This document shows positions 27,628 through 38,259 of a DNA stretch of 64,000 bases, one piece after another (position 1 is the stretch's first letter; each line of letters starts with the position of its first letter). Source of the DNA: Eubacteriales bacterium (GTDB lineage: Bacteria; Bacillota; Clostridia; Oscillospirales; CAG-382); assembly GCA_045612545.1 (NCBI GenBank), contig JAZKZH010000017.1, positions 8,454 to 72,453 on the forward strand. Reading direction: 5' to 3'. A model generated the notes under the pieces. That model searched no databases. It was given only the letters and a program-made list of their open reading frames with translations, and was not told the origin of the DNA. The position numbers were made by a program, and so were the translations under genes.

Positions 27628-29592
27628 TTAATCCAATTCTCGCTTGCCGGTATAAAGCTCGTAGTATCTGCCGCCCAGTGCGAGAAGCTCCTCGTGGCTT
27701 CCTCGTTCAATGATCTCCCCCTGCTCCAATACCATAATGGCGTTGGAATTGCGCACGGTGGAAAGGCGGTGGGCGATGACGAAGGTGGTACGGTCTGCCA
27801 TAAGCGCATCCATACCCTTTTCGATGTGCCGTTCGGTACGGGTATCCACGGAGCTGGTGGCTTCGTCCAACACCAGAATAGGCGCTTTGGACAAGGCGGC
27901 ACGGGCGATGTTCAAAAGCTGCCGCTGACCTTGAGAAAGGTTGGCGCCGTCTCCCTCGATCATGGTGTTGTAGCCCTCGGAAAGGCGTGTGATAAAGCTG
28001 TGGGCGTATGCGGTCTTAGCGGCGGCGATGACCTCTTCGTCAGTGGCATCCGGTCTGCCGTAGCGAATATTTTCCATCACCGTACCGGTGAACAGGTGAG
28101 TATCCTGCAATACCATGGCGATGTTCTGGCGAAGCACATCCCGCTTGATGTTCTTAATGGGCACACCGTCGATGGTGATCTCCCCTTCTTCAATATCATA
28201 GAAGCGGTTGAGCAGGTTGGTGACGGTGGTTTTGCCTGCACCGGTGGAGCCTACGAAGGCGATCTTCTGACCCGGCTTGGCGTACAGCGAAATGTTTTTC
28301 AGCACGGTCTTTTCCGGCACGTAGCCGAAGGTCACGTTCTTCAGCTCTACGTGACCACGCATATTGGGCATAGGATCTGCATTGGGAGCATCCGGCTCCT
28401 CGGGCGACATATCCATAACACCGAACACACGCTCCGCACCTGCCAAGGCGGCAAAAATGGTGCTGGTCTGCTGAGAGATCATGTTAATAGGCATGGAGAA
28501 CTGACGGGAGTAGTTGGCGAACACGGTAAGATCTCCCGCACCGAAGCCGCTGGTGAAGATCAATACACCGCCCACGCCCACGGTAATGGCATAGGCGATC
28601 TGGCTGGTGTTGCCCATCACGGGACCCATGATACCGCCGTAGAACTGTGCCTTGAGTTGCTTTTCGCGGAGGTCGTTGTTCAGCATATCAAACTCTTCCA
28701 CGCAGGTTTTCTCGTGATTGAACACCTTTACCACCTTGGAGCCTGTAACAGTTTCCTCGATATAGCCGTTTACCGCGCCCAGCGCCGCCTGCTGTCCGGA
28801 ATAGTATTTACCGGAGCGCTTGGCCAAGGCCTGACCGCCCAAAGCAAAGACGGGAAGGAACGCCACGGTGATCAAGGACAGCCAAATGTTGGTGGTAACC
28901 ATGAAAATGAAGGTACCTACCAAAGAGATCACGCCCGAAACCAAGCCGGTAAGGGAGTTATTGATCATAACCTCCACGTTGTCCACGTCGTTGGTGAAGC
29001 GGGACATGATCTCACCGGTGGTGTTGGAATCGAAGTATCTCACGGGAAGCTTTTGCAGCTTGGTAAACAGGTCGTTACGAATTGCCTCGGAGGCACCGTG
29101 GGACACGGTAAGCATCAGTCTGGCCTGGAGGTAATTACTGAATACACCCACAAGGTACACGCAGGCAAGGACAAAAACTGCCGCCAGCACATAGGTAGCG
29201 ATGGCCTGGAATTGCCCTGCGGAAAGCATATCGGAGACGAAGGGAATCTCTGTAATCCCGGTGATCAGGCCGTCCACCAATCTACCGATGGGGGTCCATT
29301 CCACTTCACCGCCCAATTGGATCTGAATGCGATTGATGATGGGCGCCAGCATGAAGGAGCCAAGCAGAGAGGTCAAGGTGCTCATGAGCATACAGCAAAG
29401 CACAAGGATCAATCTGCCCTTATATTTCCCCACGTAGGAAAGAAGACGGCGGACGGTGGCGGAGGTATTCTTGGGCTTACCGGAGGCATGAGGGCCGCCT
29501 CTGCGAGGGCCGGGACCGCCCGGGCCACGGCGCTTATCGTTAACCGCGCGGGCGTATTGCTTTTGGAGAGATTCCAAGGTGCGTTTAGCCAT
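27628..29592 (-). CDS. Heterodimeric ABC exporter, fused permease/ATPase subunit (consensus site)
   Basis: TMD plus GSTGAGKTT, LSQGQRQ, LDEATSS and IAHRLST. Confidence 0.93.
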   Translation of the reverse strand: MAKRTLESLQKQYARAVNDKRRGPGGPGPRRGGPHASGKPKNTSATVRRLLSYVGKYKGRLILVLCCMLMSTLTSLLGSFMLAPIINRIQIQLGGEVEWTPIGRLVDGLITGITEIPFVSDMLSAGQFQAIATYVLAAVFVLACVYLVGVFSNYLQARLMLTVSHGASEAIRNDLFTKLQKLPVRYFDSNTTGEIMSRFTNDVDNVEVMINNSLTGLVSGVISLVGTFIFMVTTNIWLSLITVAFLPVFALGGQALAKRSGKYYSGQQAALGAVNGYIEETVTGSKVVKVFNHEKTCVEEFDMLNNDLREKQLKAQFYGGIMGPVMGNTSQIAYAITVGVGGVLIFTSGFGAGDLTVFANYSRQFSMPINMISQQTSTIFAALAGAERVFGVMDMSPEEPDAPNADPMPNMRGHVELKNVTFGYVPEKTVLKNISLYAKPGQKIAFVGSTGAGKTTVTNLLNRFYDIEEGEITIDGVPIKNIKRDVLRQNIAMVLQDTHLFTGTVMENIRYGRPDATDEEVIAAAKTAYAHSFITRLSEGYNTMIEGDGANLSQGQRQLLNIARAALSKAPILVLDEATSSVDTRTERHIEKGMDALMADRTTFVIAHRLSTVRNSNAIMVLEQGEIIERGSHEELLALGGRYYELYTGKRELD

Positions 29593-31339
29593 TGTCTGCC
29601 TCCTTTCCATCCATCTGGGAGTAGTAGATCTCTTGATATTCCAAATTGTTTTTCAAAAGCTCGGCATGGGTACCAATGCCGGTAACGGCGCCGTCATTCA
29701 TCACGATGATCATATCCGCATCCATGACGGAGGTGATGCGCTGGGCGATGATGATTTTGGTGGAATCCGCCAGCTCTCCTCTGAATGCCTCACGGATGCG
29801 AGCCTCCGTTGCAGTATCCACGGCAGAGGTGGAGTCATCCAGAATCAGGATCTTAGGCTTTTTCAGCAGGGCACGGGCGATGCAGAGACGTTGCTTCTGA
29901 CCGCCGGAGACGTTCTTGCCTCCCTGCCCAAGGTCGTATTCGTAGCCGCCCTTGAAGGCAGAAACGAAGGGATGCGCCTGGGCGGACTCCGCGGCGGCGA
30001 TCATCTCCTCATCGGTAGCCTCCTCGTTACCCCAACGGAGGTTATCCCCGATGGAGCCGGAGAACAGCACGTTCTTCTGAAGCACCATGCCAACACCCTC
30101 GCGGAGGTTGTAAAGGCTGTAATCCCGTACGTCCACGCCGTCGACGAGAACTTGTCCCTCGTCCACGTCGTAAAGGCGGGGGATCATGGACACCAGCGTG
30201 GTCTTACCGCAACCGGTGGAACCGATGATGCCCACAACGCTGCGCGCGGGAATGGTGAGGCTGATATCGTCCAGCACCTTACCCTCGCTTTCCTTATAAT
30301 AACGGAAGGAAACGTTCTTGAAGGTGATCTCCCCCTTCTGCACGGTTTGTTCCGGAGAAGCGGCAGAATCGTCGGTGAGGATGATCTTCTCATCCAGCAC
30401 CTCGGAAATACGCCTGGCGGAAGCCATGGCGCGTGCAAGCATCATCAAAAGGAAGGTGACCATCATCAAGGAGGAAAGGATCTGGGTCACATAAGTAAGG
30501 AATGCGGAAAGGTCGCCCACGGGCATGACGTTTCCGTAGACCATACGGCTACCGAACCACAAAACCGCGATGGTGGAGATATTCATAAACAGAGTCATCA
30601 CGGGGGACATGAAGATCATGATCTTGGAGGTGCGAATACCGGTGTCCTTCAAGTCACGGTTGGCCTTGCGGAATTTTTCCTCTTCAAAATCCTCCCGCAC
30701 GAAGGACTTCACCACGCGGACGTTGGTGACGTTTTCCTGCACGGTGGAGTTCAGCTTATCGATCTTGCTCTGCATCTTGGCAAACATGGGATAACTCTTT
30801 AAGATCAGGAATACAATGGAAAGAATCATCAAGGGAACGGTGATGGCAAGCACCACAGCCAAGGAGGGTCTCAAGCCGATAGCCATGATCAATGCGCCGA
30901 TGAGCATACCCGGAGCGCGGAGCGCCATACGCAACAGCATATTGATCATATTCTGGATCTGGGTCACGTCGTTGGTAAGGCGGGTGACCAGAGAGCCGGT
31001 GGAAAAACGGTCAATATTGGAGAAGGAGAACTTCTGCACTCTGGCGTATACGTCACTTCTCAGGTCTGCGGCAAAATTGACGGAGGCCTTAGCGCCGAAA
31101 TAAGCACCGCCAACGCCGCCTGCCATCATCATCAATGCGATGGCCACCATTGTTCCTGCGTAGCCAATGGCATATCCCCAGCCGTGTTCCGCTGCGCCGT
31201 TGATGACCTCCTTGAGGCAAAGAGGCATAAGGATCTCTCCCACAACCTCAATGATCATACCGAGCGGGCCTAAGATAAAAGACGAAAGGTAGGGCTTGGC
31301 GTATTTCCACCACTTTCCCTTTGTTTTTTGATTGTTCAT
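29585..31339 (-). CDS. Heterodimeric ABC exporter, fused permease/ATPase subunit (degenerate site)
   Basis: TMD plus GSTGCGKT, VSGGQKQR, LDDSTSA and IAQR; start at MNNQK after a GGGAGG RBS. Confidence 0.93.
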   Translation of the reverse strand: MNNQKTKGKWWKYAKPYLSSFILGPLGMIIEVVGEILMPLCLKEVINGAAEHGWGYAIGYAGTMVAIALMMMAGGVGGAYFGAKASVNFAADLRSDVYARVQKFSFSNIDRFSTGSLVTRLTNDVTQIQNMINMLLRMALRAPGMLIGALIMAIGLRPSLAVVLAITVPLMILSIVFLILKSYPMFAKMQSKIDKLNSTVQENVTNVRVVKSFVREDFEEEKFRKANRDLKDTGIRTSKIMIFMSPVMTLFMNISTIAVLWFGSRMVYGNVMPVGDLSAFLTYVTQILSSLMMVTFLLMMLARAMASARRISEVLDEKIILTDDSAASPEQTVQKGEITFKNVSFRYYKESEGKVLDDISLTIPARSVVGIIGSTGCGKTTLVSMIPRLYDVDEGQVLVDGVDVRDYSLYNLREGVGMVLQKNVLFSGSIGDNLRWGNEEATDEEMIAAAESAQAHPFVSAFKGGYEYDLGQGGKNVSGGQKQRLCIARALLKKPKILILDDSTSAVDTATEARIREAFRGELADSTKIIIAQRITSVMDADMIIVMNDGAVTGIGTHAELLKNNLEYQEIYYSQMDGKEADNG

Positions 31340-31355
31340 GCTCAATACCTCCCTA

Positions 31356-31883
31356 TCACTTGGATTGGTTGCCCGCGCCGGCAAGGATCTCCCGAACGTG
31401 GACGCCCTTCAGGCGGGGAACTTCCCTTCCGCCGTCCTCGAATTGCTTTAAAGCGTTCTTCATTTTTTCCATACATCGAATAAAGGTTTCCAGCTCCTCG
31501 TCGGAAAGATCCGCAAACATGGCAACGTCTGACGAGGTAAAAAGGCTTTCCGTCTGACGAATCAGCTCCTGCCCCTTTTCCGTAATGGCGATCTCGTTGT
31601 AACGGCTATCCTCCACGGCCGCACATCGACGGATATAGCCGCTGTTTTCCAGGTTCTTCAAGGATACCGCTATGGCGGCGGTGCTGACCTCAAAGGTGCG
31701 GGCAAGCTCCGTTTGAGACGGTGCGCATTCTGTATGGTGCAAATACATCAGCAATCTGTGCTGTGCATTCCCCATGCCCAATTCAGCAACAAACTTACGA
31801 AGCAGCCTTTTATGGCGGCGTGTGTTGGCAACGAACAGCATAGCTGCCTGCCGTGCCCGTTCCTGATTCAGATCTTCCAACAT
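31356..31883 (-). CDS. MarR family transcriptional regulator
   Basis: QTELA..LKNLENSGYIRR..DSR..ITEKG winged helix; first gene of the exporter operon. Confidence 0.9.
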   Translation of the reverse strand: MLEDLNQERARQAAMLFVANTRRHKRLLRKFVAELGMGNAQHRLLMYLHHTECAPSQTELARTFEVSTAAIAVSLKNLENSGYIRRCAAVEDSRYNEIAITEKGQELIRQTESLFTSSDVAMFADLSDEELETFIRCMEKMKNALKQFEDGGREVPRLKGVHVREILAGAGNQSK

Positions 31884-31917
31884 AAAACACTTCCTCCAAT
31901 CAATTAATCTACTTAAC

Positions 31918-31934
31918 AGTTAACATCTTTAACT
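31918..31934. promoter_or_regulatory. Probable MarR operator
   Basis: AGTTAA-N5-TTAACT palindrome just upstream of marR, with a degenerate second copy beside it. Confidence 0.6.
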
Positions 31935-32369
31935 ATTTTAATAATAAACAAAGATTTGTCAAGGGAATTCACAGATTATTTACTATTGACCCTCCGCCTT
32001 GATGCCCTCCTTTTTCCTGCCTGCCAAAGCAGATCATCGTTCGTCGGAGCCGGGGCAGACGAAAAAGGCGGCGCAATATTTTAGCGCAGCAAAACAAAAC
32101 CCAAAAACAAAACTTTTTGGATATTTTTTACACGCGATTGTGTATTTCAACAAAAAACGCATCCTCTTTTTGCCACGCAGATACATAGACTCTGCATATT
32201 GACCAAAAAAGATGCGTTTTTTTTGTAAAAAATTTTCATAAGGTATTGCAATTTGAACAAAAATATTGTAGAATAGAAACCGTATTCGGATAAAATATAG
32301 GTTGTGCAGGAATTCCCCTGCCCAAACTACCAAGATATTTACATCATTTTACAGCAAGGAGTAGGAAAC

Positions 32370-33455
32370 ATGAGCAATAAGTTGTTCCAGAACCTGGTTT
32401 ATCAAATGCGCGAGGCGGTTGACCGTGACATTGGCATCATCGACGAAAAGGGTACTATCATCGCTTGCAGTCAGCTGGCACGCATTGGCGAAAGCCACCA
32501 CGATATTATCGAGGAGATCTCTTACAACTTTGATACCATTACTGCAGAAGGATATACTTATCGTCCCATCGGATCCCACGCGAGAATTGAGTACATCGTG
32601 TTCGTACAGGGCGAGGATGAAAACGCCAAGAGCATTACCACCCTTTTGTCCATTGCGTTCTCCAACATCAAGACTCTTTACGACGAAAAGTACGACAAGA
32701 CCAATTTCATCAAAAACATCATCCTGGACAATATCCTTCCCGGCGATATTTATATCAAGTCCAAGGAGCTTCGTTTTGATAACGAGACCAACCGCGTAGT
32801 GCTTTTGGTTCGTTTCCAATCCAAGTCTGACGTGGTGCCTTACGACATCATTCAGAATATGTTCCCCGACAAGGCCAGAGATTACATCATCAGCGTAGGC
32901 GAGACGGACATCGTTTTGGTCAAGGAGCTGAGAAACAATACCGACAGCAAGGCCATCGACGCCATTGCCCGCTCTATCGTGGACAACGTGCAGAGCGAAT
33001 TCTACCTCAAGTGCGTGGTAGGCATCGGTACTGTGGTTTCTTCTGTGAAGGAGCTGGCACGTTCTTATAAGGACGCGCAGGTTGCTTTGGAGGTCGGCAG
33101 AGTGTTCGACACCGATCAGACCTGCATCAACTACGAGAATCTGGGCATCGGTCGTCTGATCTATCAGCTTCCCACCACCCTTTGCTCCATGTTCCTTTCC
33201 GAGGTGTTCAAGAAGGGCTCATTGGAAAGCCTTGACAGAGAAACTCTGCTCACCATCCATGCGTTCTTTGACAACAACCTGAACGTTTCCGAAACCTCCC
33301 GTAAGCTGTTCGTTCACCGTAACACCTTGGTCTACCGTTTGGAGAAGATCAACAAGCTTACCGGATTGGATCTCCGTGAATTTGATTCTGCCATCACCTT
33401 CAAGGTGGCATTGATGGTTAAGAAGTATCTCACCTCCAAGCCCAATATGTTTTAA
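32370..33455 (+). CDS. CdaR/PucR family transcriptional regulator
   Basis: IGIIDEKGTIIAC sensor region, GIG, and C-terminal LNVSETSRKLFVHRNTLVYRL; start at MSNKL after a GGAG RBS. Confidence 0.9.
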   Translation: MSNKLFQNLVYQMREAVDRDIGIIDEKGTIIACSQLARIGESHHDIIEEISYNFDTITAEGYTYRPIGSHARIEYIVFVQGEDENAKSITTLLSIAFSNIKTLYDEKYDKTNFIKNIILDNILPGDIYIKSKELRFDNETNRVVLLVRFQSKSDVVPYDIIQNMFPDKARDYIISVGETDIVLVKELRNNTDSKAIDAIARSIVDNVQSEFYLKCVVGIGTVVSSVKELARSYKDAQVALEVGRVFDTDQTCINYENLGIGRLIYQLPTTLCSMFLSEVFKKGSLESLDRETLLTIHAFFDNNLNVSETSRKLFVHRNTLVYRLEKINKLTGLDLREFDSAITFKVALMVKKYLTSKPNMF

Positions 33456-33458
33456 GGT

Positions 33459-34157
33459 ATGATTCATTTCAAAAACGTTTCCATGGCGTATTCCAACGGA
33501 ACGGTTGCGCTGAAGGATATCAATCTACATATCGACGACGGCGAGTTTGTATTTCTGGTAGGGCATTCGGGTGCCGGCAAGACCTCCCTGACCAAGCTTT
33601 TGCTTTGCGAAGAGAGGATCTCCGCAGGCTCTCTTGAGGTGAACGGCTATCGCTTGGATAAGATCCGTTCCCGCAAGATTCCCTATCTCCGCCGTACCAT
33701 GGGCATCGTGTTCCAGGATTTCAAGCTGTTTGATAAAATGACAGTTTATGAAAACGTGGCCTTTGCCATGCGAGTGATCGGCGAAAAAAACGCCGTCATC
33801 CGCAAGCGAGTTCCCTTCTTTTTGAACGTGGTGGGACTATCTGATAAGGCGGACAGCTTCCCTGCCCAGCTTTCCGGCGGCGAACAACAGCGCGTGGCCT
33901 TTGCCAGAGCGTTGGTGAACAACCCATCTCTCATTGTGGCGGACGAGCCCACCGGCAACATTGACAATCATTTGCGCGACGATATTATGGATCTTCTCCT
34001 GCGCATCAACAAGCTGGGGAAGACCGTGATCGTGGTCACCCACGACGAGGATCTTTTGCGCCGTTACCGCAAGCGTACCATTGAGCTTCGCGGCGGCGAG
34101 ATCATTTCCGACGGGCTTGGCCGCAGTGTCTCCGAAATCGGAGGTGAGCTTGTATGA
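33459..34157 (+). CDS. ftsE: Cell division ABC ATPase FtsE
   Basis: [23 protein letters not shown] and ADEPTGN; followed by ftsX. Confidence 0.93.
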   Translation: MIHFKNVSMAYSNGTVALKDINLHIDDGEFVFLVGHSGAGKTSLTKLLLCEERISAGSLEVNGYRLDKIRSRKIPYLRRTMGIVFQDFKLFDKMTVYENVAFAMRVIGEKNAVIRKRVPFFLNVVGLSDKADSFPAQLSGGEQQRVAFARALVNNPSLIVADEPTGNIDNHLRDDIMDLLLRINKLGKTVIVVTHDEDLLRRYRKRTIELRGGEIISDGLGRSVSEIGGELV

Positions 34158-35110
34158 GATGGTTCCGTTCTTTTTGCTATAATTTGAAACAAGGCTTCAA
34201 GAGCATTTTCCGCAACAGCATCATGTCCACCGCCTCCGTGCTGGTTTTGCTTTCCTGCATGATCATCGTAGGCACCTTTTACTTGGTGATCGCCAACATT
34301 GAAGAAAACTTCAACCGCATGGACAACCTCAACGTAATCGAGGTGCGTATTCCCGCCACCTATTCCGACGCCCAGATCAAGGAGATCGGGGAGGCACTGG
34401 GTGCCATCTACGCCGATCTGCCGATTTTGGAGGGTGAACCGGTGTTTGTCTCCAAGGAGGAGCATCTCAGCCGCTTCAAGGAGCTTTACAAGGATCAGGA
34501 ATGGAGCTCCTTCTTCGACGAATCCCTGAATCCCCTTCGTCCCAGCTATGAATTGACCTTCAGCAACGAGGCGGACATTTCCGAAGCCGCCAAGATCATC
34601 CCTCGCATCGAGGAGATCAAGCTTTCCGACGGCAATCTGGCCGTTGCCTCCACGGATATTTCCTCCAGCATTAAGCTGTATGAGAACGTGACGGGCATCA
34701 AAAAGACACTTTTGGCGGTAGGGCTTTGGCTGATGGGTATTTTGCTGGTCATCTCCTTGTTTGTCATCATGAACACCATCAAGTTGGGGGTATTCGCCCG
34801 CCGCAATGAAGTGATGTTCATGCGATATTGCGGTGCCACCAAGGCATTTATCCGCACCCCCTTCCTCGTAGAGGGTGTGATCATCGGGCTCTTCTCCGCC
34901 GCATTGTCTTTGGGAGTGGAGTATCTGCTGTATCGCTACGTGTTGGCAGGGGTTGTGGCCTCCGTGACCACCGCCGTTTCCGGCGAAGGAATCCTTCTTT
35001 CCCCGTATACCGAGCATCTTCCCGTTCTGGCCGTAGCATTCTGTGCCATCGGCTTATTCGCGGGCTTGATCTCCGGCAGCATTTCCTTAAAGAAGTATTT
35101 GAAAGTTTAA
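34154..35110 (+). CDS. ftsX: Cell division permease FtsX
   Basis: Four-TM topology, NTIKL..ARRNE..GAT..IRTPFLVEG. Confidence 0.92.
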   Translation: MRWFRSFCYNLKQGFKSIFRNSIMSTASVLVLLSCMIIVGTFYLVIANIEENFNRMDNLNVIEVRIPATYSDAQIKEIGEALGAIYADLPILEGEPVFVSKEEHLSRFKELYKDQEWSSFFDESLNPLRPSYELTFSNEADISEAAKIIPRIEEIKLSDGNLAVASTDISSSIKLYENVTGIKKTLLAVGLWLMGILLVISLFVIMNTIKLGVFARRNEVMFMRYCGATKAFIRTPFLVEGVIIGLFSAALSLGVEYLLYRYVLAGVVASVTTAVSGEGILLSPYTEHLPVLAVAFCAIGLFAGLISGSISLKKYLKV

Positions 35111-35144
35111 TACATCCCCCTATTTTTCAGAAAAGAGTTGTCCT

Positions 35145-36434
35145 ATGACGTTTTTAAAGCCCCAAAAATTGATCTGCCTGTTCCTCTGTCTCTGCCTGTC
35201 CTGCGCAGTATTTCTTGCTGCGTTGCATACGGCGCCTGTCCAAGAGGTAGAAGCCAAGCGCACCATCGCGGACATCGACAAGGATATCAAAGACTGTGAG
35301 GCATTGCTTTCTCGCTTGCAAAGCGAGCAAAAGGAAATTTCGAATCAGTTGAATGATCTTCAGGGTGAATCCGTCGACAATTCCCAGCGTGCCCACCTTA
35401 TCGCAGGGCAGATCGTTCTTTTGGGTTCTCAGATCCAGCTGAACGAATCTCTGCTGCAATCCTGCGATATGAAGCGCAGCACCGCCCAGGCAGAGCTGAT
35501 TCTGGTGGAAAACGAATACGAATACTATTGCGACCTCTTTGCAGAGCTTATGCGCTTTGTTTACGAAAACGGCTCTGTAAGTGATTTTGAATTGTTGTTC
35601 TCCTCCGATAGCCTTTCCGACTATCTGGAGCGCAGAGATAACTTTAACTCCATCATGGAATGTGTAAATGACCTGCGTACCTCTGCGGAGCGTTCCCTGC
35701 TGAAGCTGGAGGAGCTTACCAGAGAGTACGACATCGCTTGCGAAAAATACGAGCTGTATTTGGCAACCTTGGAGCAGGATCAAAATGACCTGGAAAAGGT
35801 AATGGTAGAGTTTGACATTCTTGCCGAAGAGTTGGACGTTACCCTGACGGAGCTTTCACAGAAATTCACTGCTTTGGGCACCACCGCCGCAGAAACAGCG
35901 GCTAAACTGGAGCAGCTGAAGAAGGAGCGTTTGGAGCTGTATCAGCAGCAGATCGACGATAACAACGCCACCTTCAAGCCTGTGGACGGCGGGTTCATTT
36001 GGCCCTTGGATGAATACGTGACCTACCGTATTTCCAGCCATTTCAGCACCCGTACCAACCCCATCACCGGTGTGGGCACCGAATTCCACTCCGGCTTGGA
36101 CGTAGCTTGCGCCAAGGGATCTCCCATTTTGGCGGCGGCAGGCGGTGTGGTAACGAAGTCTGCATGGTACGGCGGCTACGGCAACTGTGTAATCATCTAC
36201 CACGGGCAGAACAATCAGGGCGTTGGTGTCACCACCCTTTACGGACACGCCAGCGAGCTGATCTGTAAGGAAGGTCAGACGGTCAAGCAGGGTGATATCA
36301 TCGCTTTGGTTGGCACCACCGGTCGTTCCACCGGCAACCACCTCCACTTCTCCGTGCTTTTGGGCGGCGAGTACGTGGATCCCGATGATTACCTGCCCGA
36401 CGGCTATTACACCAAGCTCCCCAACGAGAAATAA
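35145..36434 (+). CDS. Coiled-coil M23 peptidase (EnvC/CwlO-like FtsEX partner)
   Basis: Signal peptide, long coiled coil, HSGLD, YGH and GNHLHF (Zn ligands intact). Confidence 0.9.
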   Translation: MTFLKPQKLICLFLCLCLSCAVFLAALHTAPVQEVEAKRTIADIDKDIKDCEALLSRLQSEQKEISNQLNDLQGESVDNSQRAHLIAGQIVLLGSQIQLNESLLQSCDMKRSTAQAELILVENEYEYYCDLFAELMRFVYENGSVSDFELLFSSDSLSDYLERRDNFNSIMECVNDLRTSAERSLLKLEELTREYDIACEKYELYLATLEQDQNDLEKVMVEFDILAEELDVTLTELSQKFTALGTTAAETAAKLEQLKKERLELYQQQIDDNNATFKPVDGGFIWPLDEYVTYRISSHFSTRTNPITGVGTEFHSGLDVACAKGSPILAAAGGVVTKSAWYGGYGNCVIIYHGQNNQGVGVTTLYGHASELICKEGQTVKQGDIIALVGTTGRSTGNHLHFSVLLGGEYVDPDDYLPDGYYTKLPNEK

Positions 36435-36437
36435 CCT

Positions 36438-37727
36438 ATGACGAATCAACCCATGAAAAACGAGCATTTTTCCCCCGAACAGCAGGAAGAGGACGTTTGC
36501 GATCTGAATCTGTTCGGTAAAAAGAAGCCGAGGAAGGTCTCCCTTGCAGGGGCGGTCTTCTTCGCCTTGCTGTTATCGGTAGCCAGTTTTTTGGGCGCTT
36601 ACGCCCTGCTTTCCTCCCAAACCGCCGCAAAACTGCGGGAAATGGACGCGGTGTATTCCAAATATGCCAAGATGGAAGCGTTGCTGGCCTTTATCGATGA
36701 AAACTATATCCGCGATTACGACGATGCCCTGCTTTGGGAAAACGTATACGGAGCTATGTTTGATTCCATCGGAGATCCATACAGCACCTATATGACCGCT
36801 GAAGAATACGCCGCTTATTTGGCGGATCGTAGCGGAAATTACGTGGGCATTGGCATTTCCGTGGTGTATGACAAAGCCACCCAAGGCGCTTACGTTCACC
36901 GCGTGGTCACTGACTCCCCTGCCCAAATTGCGGGAATCCTTCCCGGAGATATTATCACCGCCATCGAAGATACCGTGTTGACCGATGAGACCTATTCCGC
37001 CGCCTTGAATCTGGTAGCCGGTGAAGAAGGCTCCTCGGTAAAGCTTACCGTTCTGCGGGATGGCGTGTCCTTGCAGGTGGAAGCCGTGCGAGGCAAGATG
37101 AATACGGAAAACGTGTTCTACGAAAAACTGGAAGGAAACGTTGCTTATATTGAGATCCTTTCCTTCTCCGAAGCGGTGACTTACGATCAGTTTGCCGCCG
37201 CTTTGACCCAAGCGGCAGAAGAGGGCTGTACCTCCTACGTGTTTGACCTGCGGAACAACCCCGGTGGCAATCTGGACGTGATCTGCAAGTGCCTCGACCT
37301 GCTGTTGCCGGAGGGGGATATCGTTCACATTATTTCCGCCAACGGCACCACCGAAAGCAAAAAGAGCGATGGAGAGCATTTTCTGGATGCACCCATGGCA
37401 GTTCTTTGCAACGGCAGCACCGCTTCTGCGGCAGAGTTGTTCACCGCTGATCTTCGCGACTTCGGTCTCGCCACCATTGTAGGCGAAAAAACCTACGGCA
37501 AGGGGACCATGCAATCCATTTCCCCGCTCTCCGATGGTTCTGCAGTGAAGATCACTCACCGTTACTACAATCCTTCCTCCAACGTCAGTTACGACGGCGT
37601 TGGGATCAAGCCCCACGAAGGCTGCGAGGTGATCCTCACCGATGAGGAACGGGATAACTTCTACAAATTGACCCATGAAGAGGACAGACAGCTGCAGAAG
37701 GCGCTGGAAGTTCTTCTTGGCAAATAA
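36438..37727 (+). CDS. Carboxyl-terminal processing protease (S41, CtpA-like)
   Basis: DPYS, PDZ GIGI, DLRNNPGG, TASAAE and TYGKG. Confidence 0.92.
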   Translation: MTNQPMKNEHFSPEQQEEDVCDLNLFGKKKPRKVSLAGAVFFALLLSVASFLGAYALLSSQTAAKLREMDAVYSKYAKMEALLAFIDENYIRDYDDALLWENVYGAMFDSIGDPYSTYMTAEEYAAYLADRSGNYVGIGISVVYDKATQGAYVHRVVTDSPAQIAGILPGDIITAIEDTVLTDETYSAALNLVAGEEGSSVKLTVLRDGVSLQVEAVRGKMNTENVFYEKLEGNVAYIEILSFSEAVTYDQFAAALTQAAEEGCTSYVFDLRNNPGGNLDVICKCLDLLLPEGDIVHIISANGTTESKKSDGEHFLDAPMAVLCNGSTASAAELFTADLRDFGLATIVGEKTYGKGTMQSISPLSDGSAVKITHRYYNPSSNVSYDGVGIKPHEGCEVILTDEERDNFYKLTHEEDRQLQKALEVLLGK

Positions 37728-37770
37728 ACAGACATCTTTGATTTTAATATTTACAAGGGAGTAACACATC

Positions 37771-38244
37771 ATGGCAAAACAGATCATTGTTTCCAAAGAA
37801 GGCTTTTTGAAGCTTCAGAACGAGCTTGAGTACCTGAAAACAGTAAAGCGTAAAGAGGTTGCCCAGGCGATCCAGAAGGCCCGCGAATACGGCGACCTTT
37901 CCGAGAACAGCGAATACGATGAAGCAAAAAATGAACAGGCGGAGATCGAAAGCAAGATCGCTACCCTGGAAAACACCCTGGAAAACGCTGTCGTTATGGA
38001 TGACTCTGAGCTGAGCACCGATAAGGTAAGCGTTGGTAACACCGTTGAGATCCATTGCATTGACAACGATCAGGAATACACCTACAAGATCGTAGCCGCT
38101 ACCGAGGCAGATCCCTTGAACGGCAAGATCAGCGATGACTGTCCTTTGGGCAAAACCTTGCTGGGCACCAAGAAGGGTGACTCCATCAGCGTGGAAACTC
38201 CCGGCGGCATCCGTAAGTTCACCATCACCAACATTTCCAAGTAA
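37771..38244 (+). CDS. greA: Transcription elongation factor GreA
   Basis: AREYGDLSENSEYDEAK and EADPLNGKIS. Confidence 0.97.
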   Translation: MAKQIIVSKEGFLKLQNELEYLKTVKRKEVAQAIQKAREYGDLSENSEYDEAKNEQAEIESKIATLENTLENAVVMDDSELSTDKVSVGNTVEIHCIDNDQEYTYKIVAATEADPLNGKISDDCPLGKTLLGTKKGDSISVETPGGIRKFTITNISK

Positions 38245-38259
38245 AGAAAGGCATATATC

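Noticed and set aside
27448-30802. Long antisense ORFs over the ABC exporter (likewise over lysS, spoVD, serS, der and the GH)
   Set aside because: Shadow ORFs on the opposite strand of well-supported genes.
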